A stretch of DNA of 32,224 nucleotides from Octopus bimaculoides (Eukaryota), in assembly GCF_001194135.2 (NCBI RefSeq), contig NC_068996.1, positions 37,444,258-37,476,481 on the forward strand, in the 5' to 3' direction. Shown here piece after piece: positions 9,731-20,533 of the stretch. The position numbers were made by a program, and so were the translations under genes. How positions within the stretch are numbered: the first letter of the stretch is position 1; each line of letters starts with the position of its first letter. Under the pieces are notes generated by a model. That model saw only the letters and a list, made by a program, of their open reading frames with translations. It was not told the origin of the DNA and ran no database searches.

Positions 9731-10310
9731 AAATCCGGACTGTTACCATAGTAACGAAGCTAAAGCATGCAGAGTGAAGCTACTTGATACAGATTGACCT
9801 TGAACTCTGCTATGCATGCACACTAAGTTTTAACATTCTAACTCACTTCTGCTGTTTACAACAGTGCTTGGAAGGAAGGTGTGTAGCTTGTGATCATCGT
9901 ATTGATCATGAAAGAGAAAGTCGTCATGGCGATACTTGCTCAGAGGCCTATGCAAAGTTGCAGAAAGTGTATGGAGAGGAGTGTATGAGCCACACACAAG
10001 TGTACAAGTGGTTCAGATGTTTCTAAGATGGCTGGAAAAATGTCAATATTGACAAACATTCTGGGAGACCTGCAACCAACAGAACTAAGGAAAACATCAT
10101 AGCTGTGCATGCAGCTGTAAGTGGAAATTGCCGAATCACTGTCCGTGAGTTACCAGAGGATGTGCAGATTAGTTATGGTTCAGTTCAATCCATTATCACT
10201 GAAGATCTGGGTATAAGACGTGTATCTATCAAATTTGGGCCAAAATTGTTTCCAGCTGACCAAAAAGACATTCAGGCTTCAGTTGCACAAAATCTCCTTG
10301 ATTGTGTCAA
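9731..10310 (+). mobile_element. Second mariner-type transposon remnant (5' part), distinct lineage
   Basis: GDTCSEAYAKLQKVYGEECMSHTQVYKWFRCF*DG..DKHSGRP and RITVREL.EDVQISYGSVQSIITEDLGIRRVSIKFGPKL..DQK give two HTH regions plus a degenerate (W/F)VP linker. Stops and frameshifts present. Confidence 0.85.
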
Positions 10311-10313
10311 CTG

Positions 10314-10368
<55 letters not shown>
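10314..10368. repeat. (CT)n(AT)n compound microsatellite
   Basis: Direct reading. Confidence 0.95.
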
Positions 10369-10370
<2 letters not shown>

Positions 10371-11465
10371 TGTACTTGCATAGCAAGCGACCAGATCTGA
10401 GATCATGTGCTGGAACGAAAACAGTTGTAGCGTGGAAGGTGTTTATAAGCCATTTAAGAAACACACAAAAACCGTTAGATTCACTTCAACATTTAAATTT
10501 ANNNNNNNNNNNNNNNNNNNNNNNNNNNNNNNNNNNNNNNNNNNNNNNNNNNNNNNNNNNNNNNNNNNNNNNNNNNNNNNNNNNNNNNNNNNNNNNNNNN
10601 NNNNNNNNNNNNNNNNNNNNNNNNNNNNNNNNNNNNNNNNNNNNNNNNNNNNNNNNNNNNNNNNNNNNNNNNNNNNNNNNNNNNNNNNNNNNNNNNNNNN
10701 NNNNNNNNNNNNNNNNNNNNNNNNNNNNNNNNNNNNNNNNNNNNNNNNNNNNNNNNNNNNNNNNNNNNNNNNNNNNNNNNNNNNNNNNNNNNNNNNNNNN
10801 NNNNNNNNNNNNNNNNNNNNNNNNNNNNNNNNNNNNNNNNNNNNNNNNNNNNNNNNNNNNNNNNNNNNNNNNNNNNNNNNNNNNNNNNNNNNNNNNNNNN
10901 NNNNNNNNNNNNNNNNNNNNNNNNNNNNNNNNNNNNNNNNNNNNNNNNNNNNNNNNNNNNNNNNNNNNNNNNNNNNNNNNNNNNNNNNNNNNNNNNNNNN
11001 NNNNNNNNNNNNNNNNNNNNNNNNNNNNNNNNNNNNNNNNNNNNNNNNNNNNNNNNNNNNNNNNNNNNNNNNNNNNNNNNNNNNNNNNNNNNNNNNNNNN
11101 NNNNNNNNNNNNNNNNNNNNNNNNNNNNNNNNNNNNNNNNNNNNNNNNNNNNNNNNNNNNNNNNNNNNNNNNNNNNNNNNNNNNNNNNNNNNNNNNNNNN
11201 NNNNNNNNNNNNNNNNNNNNNNNNNNNNNNNNNNNNNNNNNNNNNNNNNNNNNNNNNNNNNNNNNNNNNNNNNNNNNNNNNNNNNNNNNNNNNNNNNNNN
11301 NNNNNNNNNNNNNNNNNNNNNNNNNNNNNNNNNNNNNNNNNNNNNNNNNNNNNNNNNNNNNNNTATATATACTTAATCATATCAAAGGGAAATGGAAATT
11401 AATAAAAATTTTCACTTCCAGTGGCCTAGCGTATAAACATTTAGTCCAAAGACTATGAATTACTC

Positions 11466-11715
11466 ATAAGATACAGTGTATATTTAAATACATAAGAGGA
11501 ATCCACTTATGGGATTCCTTACACTAGAAAGAACAGCTAGGTTCTAGAAGGTTCTAGAAGGAATGAAAAGAAAAAAGAAAAACTTTTACCATAAGTTTTT
11601 ATTTTTTATTTTCATTCCTTTTGGGATTCTATCCCTAATTTTGTGGTTCTAAAACCTAGCTGAAATCCCATGAGTGGATTCCTCTTATGTGTTTTAAATA
11701 TACACTGTATCTTAT
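11466..11715. mobile_element. Hairpin/palindromic MITE-like element, 250 bp, superfamily unassigned
   Basis: About 51-bp TIRs (11466-11516 and 11664-11715; 1 indel, 2 mismatches). Inner 28-bp stem 11558-11585/11593-11620 (26/28) around a 7-nt loop. Confidence 0.8.
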
Positions 11716-12131
11716 ATATATATATAACTATTTTGACTTTGAGTATATGTCTATTAGAATGTCGATTGAAGCACATTCACCACCGCTTGGGCTACCTGAT
11801 GTCACCCACAGTCATGATATAATTTTCACTAGATCTACATCAAGAAATCCACAATGTTTGTTGAGTTTATAATTGAAGAAGGAAACAGAAGATGAATTTA
11901 GTATGAATCTTTATTCAGCATAATGACCGTTTCGACCCACCTTGCAGCTGTCCCTTAGGGAGAGGATATTGTGCTTCTAGCAATGTTACATCAGTCAGTG
12001 CAGGTTGTGTCACTTCAGGTGCTTGATGTAAAAAGAGATATAATATCCCACTAGATACACTGAGTTCTCTTTGGCATGTTCTTCTCACTTGTTGTACATT
12101 GGTACATTGACATATGTGTATATAGTCTCTC

Positions 12132-12267
12132 AAGCATGCATGTGTGGTTAAGAAGCTTGCATCCTAACCATGTGGCCTCAGGTTCAGTCCCACTGCACAG
12201 TACTTTGGGCATGTCATTTCTACTACAGCTCTGAGTAGATTTGGAAGACAGTGACTTAAAAGAGTTC

Positions 12268-12270
<3 letters not shown>
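12132..12270 (+). mobile_element. SINE family B, 5' half (degenerate)
   Basis: tgtgtggttaagaagcttgc..ggttcagtcccactgc..actttgggcatgtc.tttctactac. Confidence 0.7.

Positions 12271-12359
<89 letters not shown>
12271..12359. repeat. (GT)n microsatellite, about 44 units
   Basis: Perfect dinucleotide run. Confidence 0.97.
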
Positions 12360-12361
<2 letters not shown>

Positions 12362-12378
12362 CCTTTTTTAAGATCATT

Positions 12379-12604
12379 CTCTTTTACTCTTTTACTTGTT
12401 TCAATCATTTGACTGTGGTCATGCTGGAGCACCACCTTTAGTCGAGCAAATTGACCCCAGGACTTATTCTTTGTAAGTCTAGCACTTATTCTATCAGTCT
12501 CTTTTGCTGAACTGCCAAGTTACAGGACGTAAACACACCAGCATCAGTTGTCAAGCAATGTTGGGAGGACAAACACAGACACACAAACACATACATACAC
12601 ATAC

Positions 12605-12635
<31 letters not shown>

Positions 12636-12796
12636 CAACAGGCTTCTTTCAGTTTCCGTCTACCAAATCCACTCACAAGGCTTTGGTCAGCCCGAGGCTA
12701 TAGTAGAAGACACCTGCCCAAGGTGCCATGCAGTGGGACTGAACTCAAAACCATGTGGTTTGTAAGCAAGCTACTTACCACACAGCCACTCCTGCA
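12379..12796 (-). mobile_element. tRNA-derived SINE, family B, full length with internal microsatellite
   Basis: Minus strand: head tgcaggagtggctgtgtggtaag..gagttcagtccc, then gcaccttgggcaggtgtc, a (TA)/(TG) tract, the 3' half, and an (aaaagagt)-like tail. Confidence 0.92.
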
Positions 12797-12962
12797 AGTG
12801 ATGCAGTTCATTTCCAGTCTTCCACGAAGTTGGTAACTGGAAGGGCATCCACCTATAGATGAACCTATCTAGCAAATTCAGTCAGATCCATGCAAGCACA
12901 TCAAAGGTACATTAAATAATCGAGGTAATAATATAAAAATAGACTTACACACAAATGCACAC

Positions 12963-12964
<2 letters not shown>

Positions 12965-13055
<91 letters not shown>
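12965..13055. repeat. (AC)n microsatellite, about 45 units
   Basis: Perfect dinucleotide run. Confidence 0.97.
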
Positions 13056-13061
<6 letters not shown>

Positions 13062-14240
13062 CATGCACACACCTGCTTATGTGCATACCCATATACATGT
13101 GTATGCACACATGTGTACTATTTACTTGTTGATTGGATCAGCAAAACACATGCAATTCAGTGAGAGATATATATCTATAATACTAAGGATGTGTGTGTGT
13201 GTGTGTAAACCTGCATAACTTCTGAAGTTTGCAACTGATTTTCTCCAACTGGAAACATACATTACTTATGTCCCAGAGATGGTTTCAAACCCTTAAAATT
13301 TTTCACATAATGAGTAATGGGACCCCTGAGGGCAGAAAACCTCCTTTCCTGTGGTATGTACAACTGCCCACATGGCCCACACATTACCTCTGTTCAAAAT
13401 GGCAAAAACATCTACTGAAATGATATAAGTAGGTTGTATTAAATGGATGAACTGATGTAAACTTTAAACTGTGTTGTCTAATATCAAAATATCAAAATAT
13501 TGCATGGCAGTGTTGTTTTCAAGTACTTCCTTGCCAATCCTCCCACTTACCATGTCATTTCTTTCATGTAGATTTCTCTCATGTGGTGCTGTTGAGCACG
13601 ACCACAGGCTTAGTTTATCACATAGATGTAGTTCCTATGTCTGCTGATTGTTCAGCATGGTAGCAGCAGCACTGACAGCCACAAAGGAGAGTATATCCCC
13701 TGAGAGCTTTTTGGTGTGTTCAAAAATCACATACCCCCACCCACTTTTCCATAACAAGGTTAGGGCCTGAAATCTTCCAAACATGACATGTCACTTAGTT
13801 GAATTAGTCCTTCATTTACTCTACAAATGTTTTGTCATCAATGCTGCACATGTTTTAACTTAACTGTAACATATATACAAACTATGCCATTAAAATTCCA
13901 AGCAATGCTGGGTATGTCCGCTAGTAGTTTAATAAAAACAAGAGCTATACACAATCCTGTCTGATTACAGCACTATCCAAGCCTGAAACTTGAAGTAGCT
14001 CATATAACTCTTATATTCATTAAATGATAAATATATAAATACATATTTGCATGCCATCATCATTTTTATATCCATTTCCCATATTGGTATGGTTTCTAAC
14101 CCATATTGATATTGTGAGATTGGTTTTTGATTTGTAAGACTGAGGAAGAGAATAGGAGAGAGAATGGTCAGTTTATCTCACATGGCTACCTTGTATTTTA
14201 CATGACTAGACATGGGATGTGGGGGCTGAAAGACAGGTGA

Positions 14241-14625
14241 TTGTGTTGGTGATGAGGCACAGGAATATCCCTCATGGCAACAAATTCAAGGCGAATAGAA
14301 GATCACATGGATATAGTAGATTCAGAGAGAGTGGGTTGCAGGTGTGTGAGAAGTGCCAAAACCATGAAGGTAGAGAAGGCTTTATATATATTTATATCTA
14401 TGTGTGTGTGTGTGTTTGTATGTGTGTATTTATATATATNNNNNNNNNNTTGTGTTGGTGATGAGGCACAGGAATATCCCTCATGGCAACAAATTCAAGG
14501 CGAATAGAAGATCACATGGATATAGTAGATTCAGAGAGAGTGGGTTGCAGGTGTGTGAGAAGTGCCAAAACCATGAAGGTAGAGAAGGCTTTATATATAT
14601 TTATATCTATGTGTGTGTGTGTGTG
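14241..14625. other. About 175-bp direct duplication flanking a 10-N gap (probable assembly artefact)
   Basis: 14241-14414 is repeated from 14450, immediately after the gap at 14440-14449. The copies diverge only after a (TG)n tract. Confidence 0.8.
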
Positions 14626-14726
14626 TATTTGTGTGTAGAAGGTAGAAAACTAGCACACAAGTTGATGTGTATAAAGAAAATAAGACAAGGTAGAAAATGC
14701 TAAAATAATCTTATCATGAAGTACAT

Positions 14727-14765
14727 TTTAGTGCTGGTTTCTGTCTTTTAGACTTTTTCAACTAA
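14727..14765 (-). ncRNA. Degenerate minimal hammerhead-ribozyme-like motif
   Basis: Minus strand parses as UUAG-[UUGAAAA]-A.GUC UAAAA GAC.A-GAAA-CCAGC-A-CUAA. Stems I and II pair; five substitutions from an ideal core. Lies downstream of, and co-oriented with, the Penelope-like ORF. Confidence 0.4.
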
Positions 14766-14974
14766 GAGTAAAATAAGCAAAACGATTAAATTAGAAAAAA
14801 TATCGAGTGAAATGTTTTGTAGATATTTCCATAGTCTTTAAATAGGTAAATATTTCCATAGTCTTCAGATAATCTGTTTTGCTCTCTATTCCTTTGTGAA
14901 TGCCTCGTAGGTGGGTAGTAATGGATCTGAAGGAATAGTTTGAGTACAGAGAATTGATGGTTTAAGCAAGAGCA

Positions 14975-15095
14975 GCCTAAGGAGGAGGAGGAGAAGAAGG
15001 AGAAGGAGAAGAAGGAGGAGGGGGGGATGAAAGAGGAAGAGAAGTAGGAGTAGGGAAAGAAGAGGAAGAAGGAGAAGGAAAAGGAAAGTAAAGAA
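14975..15095. repeat. Purine-rich (GGA/GAA) low-complexity tract
   Basis: Direct reading. Confidence 0.9.
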
Positions 15096-16321
15096 AAATA
15101 CAGGAGTGCTGTGACATAGTAAATTGTTTGCAGAACCTTCTTTAAATGGTCAAATGACCTAAAAGTGACCTGCTATGGTCGTAGCAGTAGTGGTTGGAAT
15201 TGTTCGAAATTTCTGTAGTAGTTTCATCTGTGGTGGTGGTGGTGGCATTCAAAATAGGTTTATATTTTTTGATAGAATATGCTTCTTTGCTAATGAGCTG
15301 ATTATTGGTTACATTTTCCCTGAATTTACTGAGGGGAAAAATTCTAAAGTTGAGCTGTTTGTTAGTGGCACAAATATCGATGTGCTCACTTAATCCTATT
15401 TTTCTGTATTCTCATATTTTAATCTGGGATCTATGTACCGTCATCCTCTGGTGTAGACTGTTTTTAGTTTGACTAATATATTGTTCTTGACATCCTAAGC
15501 AAGTTAGTATATATATTAGGTTTTCTGAAACACATGTGAAGCTGTTTTTCACTGTAAAACATTGACCTTGTTCAAAGGAGAATTTTGATCCTTCAGTTAG
15601 GTTGACACATATACCACAGTTAGGTCTTCTGCATTTTTTTACTGTCGGTTTCGATGTTGACTTGTAGGGCACATTAAAAACCTATATCAGTTAGTGATGG
15701 TGGGTAGTTCCTGCTGATGAGTGTATCCTTTAGCTCCTGTAGTCGTGTGTCCCTGGTGCTTGTATCAGATACCAAAGAACAAATCCTTTTTGCCAGGTTG
15801 TAAGGGATATTCATTCTAGTGTGTCTGGGATGGCAAGAGTTGAATGGCAGATATTGCTTGGAGTCTGTGGGCTTATAGTATACGTCTGCTTCTATTTTGT
15901 TGTTGGATTTCTTAATGAGAATGTTGAGGAATGGAAGTTGTTGGTGGCTATATTCCATCATAAATTGGATGCTTATGTCAAGTCCATTCAGAAGTGCTTG
16001 AAATTCTTTAAGTCTCTCTATACCTTCATGCCAAAGAATGAAACAGTCATCAAGATATCTTTTCCAGTTATTTTCTATATTCAGGGAGAATGGGTTTACA
16101 ATAAAATTGATTTCTAGGTACCCTATGATTAGGTTAGCAAAGGAGGGGGCCACTTGCGTGCCCATCACAGTCCCTGATTTCTGTTGATAGAAGTTGTCAT
16201 TAAATACAAAGAAGTTATTCTCCAAGATGAATTTTAGCTCTTCTGTTATGATTTCTTTGTTGATGTGGAGTGGGAGTTCATTGGAGTAATTCTCTAGGCA
16301 GAAGGATACTAGTAGGGTGTT
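15095..16321 (-). mobile_element. Penelope-like retroelement (Neptune-like), RT + GIY-YIG endonuclease, degenerate; 5' part lost in gap
   Basis: RT: SGTVMGTQVAPSFANL, RYLDD, YYKPT..QYLPFNSCHP. Linker KCRRPNCGIC. EN: NLIYILTCLGCQEQYISQT..L..R..VH, continuing past a TGA in the same frame to SEH..C..KYKPILN (about 15247). Confidence 0.92.
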
Positions 16322-16631
16322 NNNNNNNNNNNNNNNNNNNNNNNNNNNNNNNNNNNNNNNNNNNNNNNNNNNNNNNNNGTATGTATGTATGTATGTATGT
16401 ATTTCGTTGTTCGAAAAAGTTTGTTTTCTGTTTCCGTCTTTATGTTTTTGTTTCTCATTGTGTTTAACGTTTTTTTATGTTCTGTACCCATATATGCATA
16501 TGTTTATATATTATTTATATTATTATTATTATTATTATTATTATTTATTATATATATATATATATATATATAGTGTATGGTTGTGTGATGGTAAGATCAA
16601 CTAAAAAAGTACTCCATCTTGTGAGAGATAA

Positions 16632-17241
16632 ATATTGTTTAATAAACTCAGTATATGTTTTTATGTGCTACTATTAGTTTCATGTGCTGAGAACATGTCA
16701 CACATTGTTTTATGACATGTCTGGTGTCCCAGCACAATCATCAGACACTGCCCACAGTCATAATGAACTAGAAATGGGACAAGAGAAAAAGTGAGAAAGA
16801 AGTATATAGAAAAAGTGGAAGGTTGAAAAACCAGAAAATGAAAAAGTGATTAGAGAGAAATAAAAGGGGGAATAAGAGTTATTTGCCTTAGATGATAAAT
16901 TATAAGCCTGAAAAGATAGTGGCTTGGACCTATGTAACAGTTATTTAATTTGGTGGGGGAGGTACTTCCCACAATATGGTGAGGATTTTTCAACTATTTT
17001 CCACTTTATCATGTGTGGTGTTGCATTCGATTCAAAACTCCATACATGGCTAGCCAACCTTTAGTTTCTTTCTGATTACTCTTTTGTTTTCCGGTTTTTC
17101 AACCATTCAATTTTTATATATACTTCCTTTTTGCTTTTTCTCAATGGTTTATAACACCAGATTTGTTATAAAACAATGTTTGGCACATTCTCAGCACATG
17201 AAACTAATAGTAGCACATATATTGTGTTTATTAAATAATAT
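16632..17241. mobile_element. Foldback-type element with long bipartite inverted repeats, about 610 bp, unclassified
   Basis: Outer arms 16632-16727 and 17154-17241 include a perfect 32-bp inverted match (16662-16693/17188-17219). Inner 82-bp arms are 16783-16864 and 17061-17142. Confidence 0.8.
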
Positions 17242-17285
17242 GTGAATATATATTCCTTTATATATATATATATATATGTTTGCAT

Positions 17286-17327
<42 letters not shown>

Positions 17328-17978
17328 NNNNNNNNNNNNNNNNNNNNNNNNNNNNNNNNNNNNNNNNNNNNNNNNNNNNNNNNNNNNNNNNNNNNNNNNN
17401 NNNNNNNNNNNNNNNNNNNNNNNNNNNNNNNNNNNNNNNNNNNNNNNNNNNNNNNNNNNNNNNNNNNNNNNNNNNNNNNNNNNNNNNNNNNNNNNNNNNN
17501 NNNNNNNNNNNNNNNNNNNNNNNNNNNNNNNNNNNNNNNNNNNNNNNNNNNNNNNNNNNNNNNNNNNNNNNNNNNNNNNNNNNNNNNNNNNNNNNNNNNN
17601 NNNNNNNNNNNNNNNNNNNNNNNNNNNNNNNNNNNNNNNNNNNNNNNNNNNNNNNNNNNNNNNNNNNNNNNNNNNNNNNNNNNNNNNNNNNNNNNNNNNN
17701 NNNNNNNNNNNNNNNNNNNNNNNNNNNNNNNNNNNNNNNNNNNNNNNNNNNNNNNNNNNNNNNNNNNNNNNNNNNNNNNNNNNNNNNNNNNNNNNNNNNN
17801 NNNNNNNNNNNNNNNNNNNNNNNNNNNNNNNNNNNNNNNNNNNNNNNNNNNNNNNNNNNNNNNNNNNNNNNNNNNNNNNNNNNNNNNNNNNNNNNNNNNN
17901 NNNNNNNNNNNNNNNNNNNNNNNNNNNNNNNNNNNNNNNNNNNNNNNNNNNNNNNNNNNNNNNNNNNNNNNNNNNNNN

Positions 17979-18265
17979 GTAGGATTTTCGAGCGAGATCG
18001 TTGCCAGTGCCCCTGGACTGGCTTGTGCGGGTGGCACATAAAAGACACCATTTCGAGTGTGGCCGTTTTCGTGCGGGTGACATGTAAAAGCACCCACTAC
18101 ACTCTCTGAGTGGTTGGCGTTAGGAAGGGCATCCAGCTGTAGAAACTCTGCCAAATTAGACTGGAGCCTGGTGTTGCCATCCGGTTTCACCAGTCCTCAG
18201 TCAAATCGTCCAATCCATGCTAGCATGGAAAGCGGACGTTAAACGATGATGATGATGATGATGAT
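17979..18265 (+). mobile_element. Young RTE LINE 3' UTR with (GAT)n tail (5' part in N gap)
   Basis: Reverse complement differs from 8771-8991 at only 4 of 221 positions. Confidence 0.93.
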
Positions 18266-18299
18266 ATATATATATTTATATGTAGTATATGTATACATG

Positions 18300-18450
18300 C
18301 AGAGGCAGGCACCATTAATCAAAAAGTTAACTTTGTTAATCGTTAATCCGTTAACCAAAAAGTGAACTTCGTTAATTGTTAATCCGTTAATTCTTTGAAA
18401 ATGTAATGGAAGTTAATGCTAATCCTTTAATGTTAACTTTTATTGAAAAA
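18300..18450. mobile_element. Single terminus of a hAT-like DNA transposon with subterminal repeats
   Basis: Starts cagaggcaggcacc. Two tandem 36-bp units (18321-18356 and 18357-18392; 31/36) built from gttaatc/gttaac motifs. No partner TIR found. Confidence 0.45.
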
Positions 18451-18847
18451 ATGCATAACTACAGTTTAATACCTCCCCAACTTTGTTGCCTCATAACTTC
18501 CAGAAAAATTAATACTTTTTAAAAAAACTTTCAACAAATAATCGCTTATACACTGTAGATTGAATATATGTAAAGATTTGTTGGAAAAAATTTTCCGAGG
18601 TGTTGGGGAGAGGAGTTGCGGAAAATTCATAGGACCCAACATTTTCCCCCCTCATAGCTTTCTGGAAAATAGATATTTTTTGATGATTACAATTACAAGT
18701 AAATCTGTTCTTACAACTTTGGTCATCATAATGCTTTGCTTTCATTTGGTTAATAAAAATTCCTCCTCTTAATGATTTTGCGTTTAATTTTGTGATAGAC
18801 AGCTATCATGCAGAAAATGCCAGCTTCCAAATGCTGTTTTCTGATTC

Positions 18848-19235
18848 CTTTACTTGATTCAGTCATTTGACTGTGGCCATGCTGGAGCACCACCTTGAGC
18901 AAATCAACCCTAGGGGTTATTTTTTGTAAGCTTAGTACTTATTCTATCAGTTTCTTTTGCTGAACTGCTACATTAAGGGGACGTAAACACACCAGCATTG
19001 GTTGTAAAGTGATGTTGGGGGAAGAGACAAACACAGACACACAAGCATATATACACACATACATACATATATATGTATATATACAACAGGATTCTTTCAG
19101 TTTCCGTCTATCAAATCCACTCATGGCCAGAGGCTATAGTAGAAGACACTTGCCCAAGGTGCCATGCAGTGGGACTGAACCCAGAACCATTTGGTTGGTA
19201 AGCAAGCTACTTACCATACAGCCACAACTGCACCT
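18848..19235 (-). mobile_element. tRNA-derived SINE, family B, near full length
   Basis: Colinear with 12379-12796, with a short internal deletion. Confidence 0.9.
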
Positions 19236-19690
19236 ATAAGGTAAAGTTGATTAAACCTCAGCAATATTTTTCTGTAACTTTTCTGAAACAAATAAATAAC
19301 AAAATCAGATTTAATGTGGAAAATTATTTCAATATACCAAATTTGAAAACTTTGATGTAATTTTAAAATTTCACAATGTGACAGCAACAGAGAAGACCCT
19401 ACAAAAGTAGAGGGGGAGACAGTTATAGAACATGAAACACAGACACACACGCATTTGCAAATGTACACACAGGTAATCAGGAGTTTGAAATGATGTAGAC
19501 ATATGTATGTATGTACGTATGTATATATATATGTATGTGTGTGTGTCTGTGTCTGCTTCTTTGTGATGGATAGCAGAAAAGCCACCTATCCCCTCTCCTT
19601 AAAGCAATGTATTCCTCACACCCACCTTTCTTTCTCTTCCTTGGCATTTTAAAATCTACTTATGTCTATGTGCATGTGAGTGTGTGTTTA

Positions 19691-19727
<37 letters not shown>

Positions 19728-19996
19728 TCCTCTATCTATGTATTTACGAAAGTATGTATGCAGCACCTCATGAATATCCCTGAATGACAGCTGTATTAAT
19801 GTTATCACCCCACTGACACTCCATATTTGTTGCTTACACAATGTTGTTTTCCCCTTCCCTGATATTTCCTTCATACTAACACTGTTGCACCCTTCTCATT
19901 TTATCAAATAATGGCTGAACCACACCTAGGAGGCCCATTATAGATATGCATATATATATATATATGCTGTTAAAGTCTGTTAAAGTCTGTCATACC

Positions 19997-20036
19997 GGCC
20001 ATGACGAAGGGAAATAGCCCTGAAACTCGAGTCGCC
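19997..20036 (+). ncRNA. Minimal type-I hammerhead-ribozyme-like motif with a 1-nt insertion in the core
   Basis: GGC-C(a)UGACGA-AGGG AAAUAG CCCU-GAAA-C UCGA GU-C-GCC. Stem I 3 bp, stem II 4 bp, perfectly palindromic stem III ACUCGAGU, GUC cleavage triplet. Confidence 0.6.
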
Positions 20037-20487
20037 TTTATATATTTATATTTATATATTTGATCCTTTATATTGAACACTCAATATTTCATCTACATTC
20101 AATACTTTATTTCATGGTGCCATCCATTTTTATTTTATTTTATATTATATATTGTATATTATATTATATATTGTATATTCCATATTCTATACCCCACATT
20201 GGTTCTGCAGGAATATAAATAAAACATAAAAAACAGANNNNNNNNNNNNNNNNNNNNNNNNNNNNNNNNNNNNNNNNNNNNNNNNNNNNNNNNNNNNNNN
20301 NNNNNNNNNNNNNNNNNNNNNNNNNNNNNNNNNNNNNNNNNNNNNNNNNNNNNNNNNNNNNNNNNNNNNNNNNNNNNNNNNNNNNNNNNNNNNNNNNNNN
20401 NNNNNNNNNNNNNNNNNNNNNNNNNNNNNNNNNNNNNNNNNNNNATATATATATATGTATATGTGTATATATATGTATATGTGTATA

Positions 20488-20533
<46 letters not shown>

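Noticed and set aside
10371-10501. Repeat-like segment next to a gap (also 16398-16500), possibly a Penelope pLTR flank
   Set aside because: No diagnostic motif is visible within the available bases.
11915-11965. Possible third hammerhead motif on the minus strand (gac..gtc gaaacggtc)
   Set aside because: The CUGANGA core is unrecognisable (CCUAAGG), stem III is not palindromic, and stem I does not pair.
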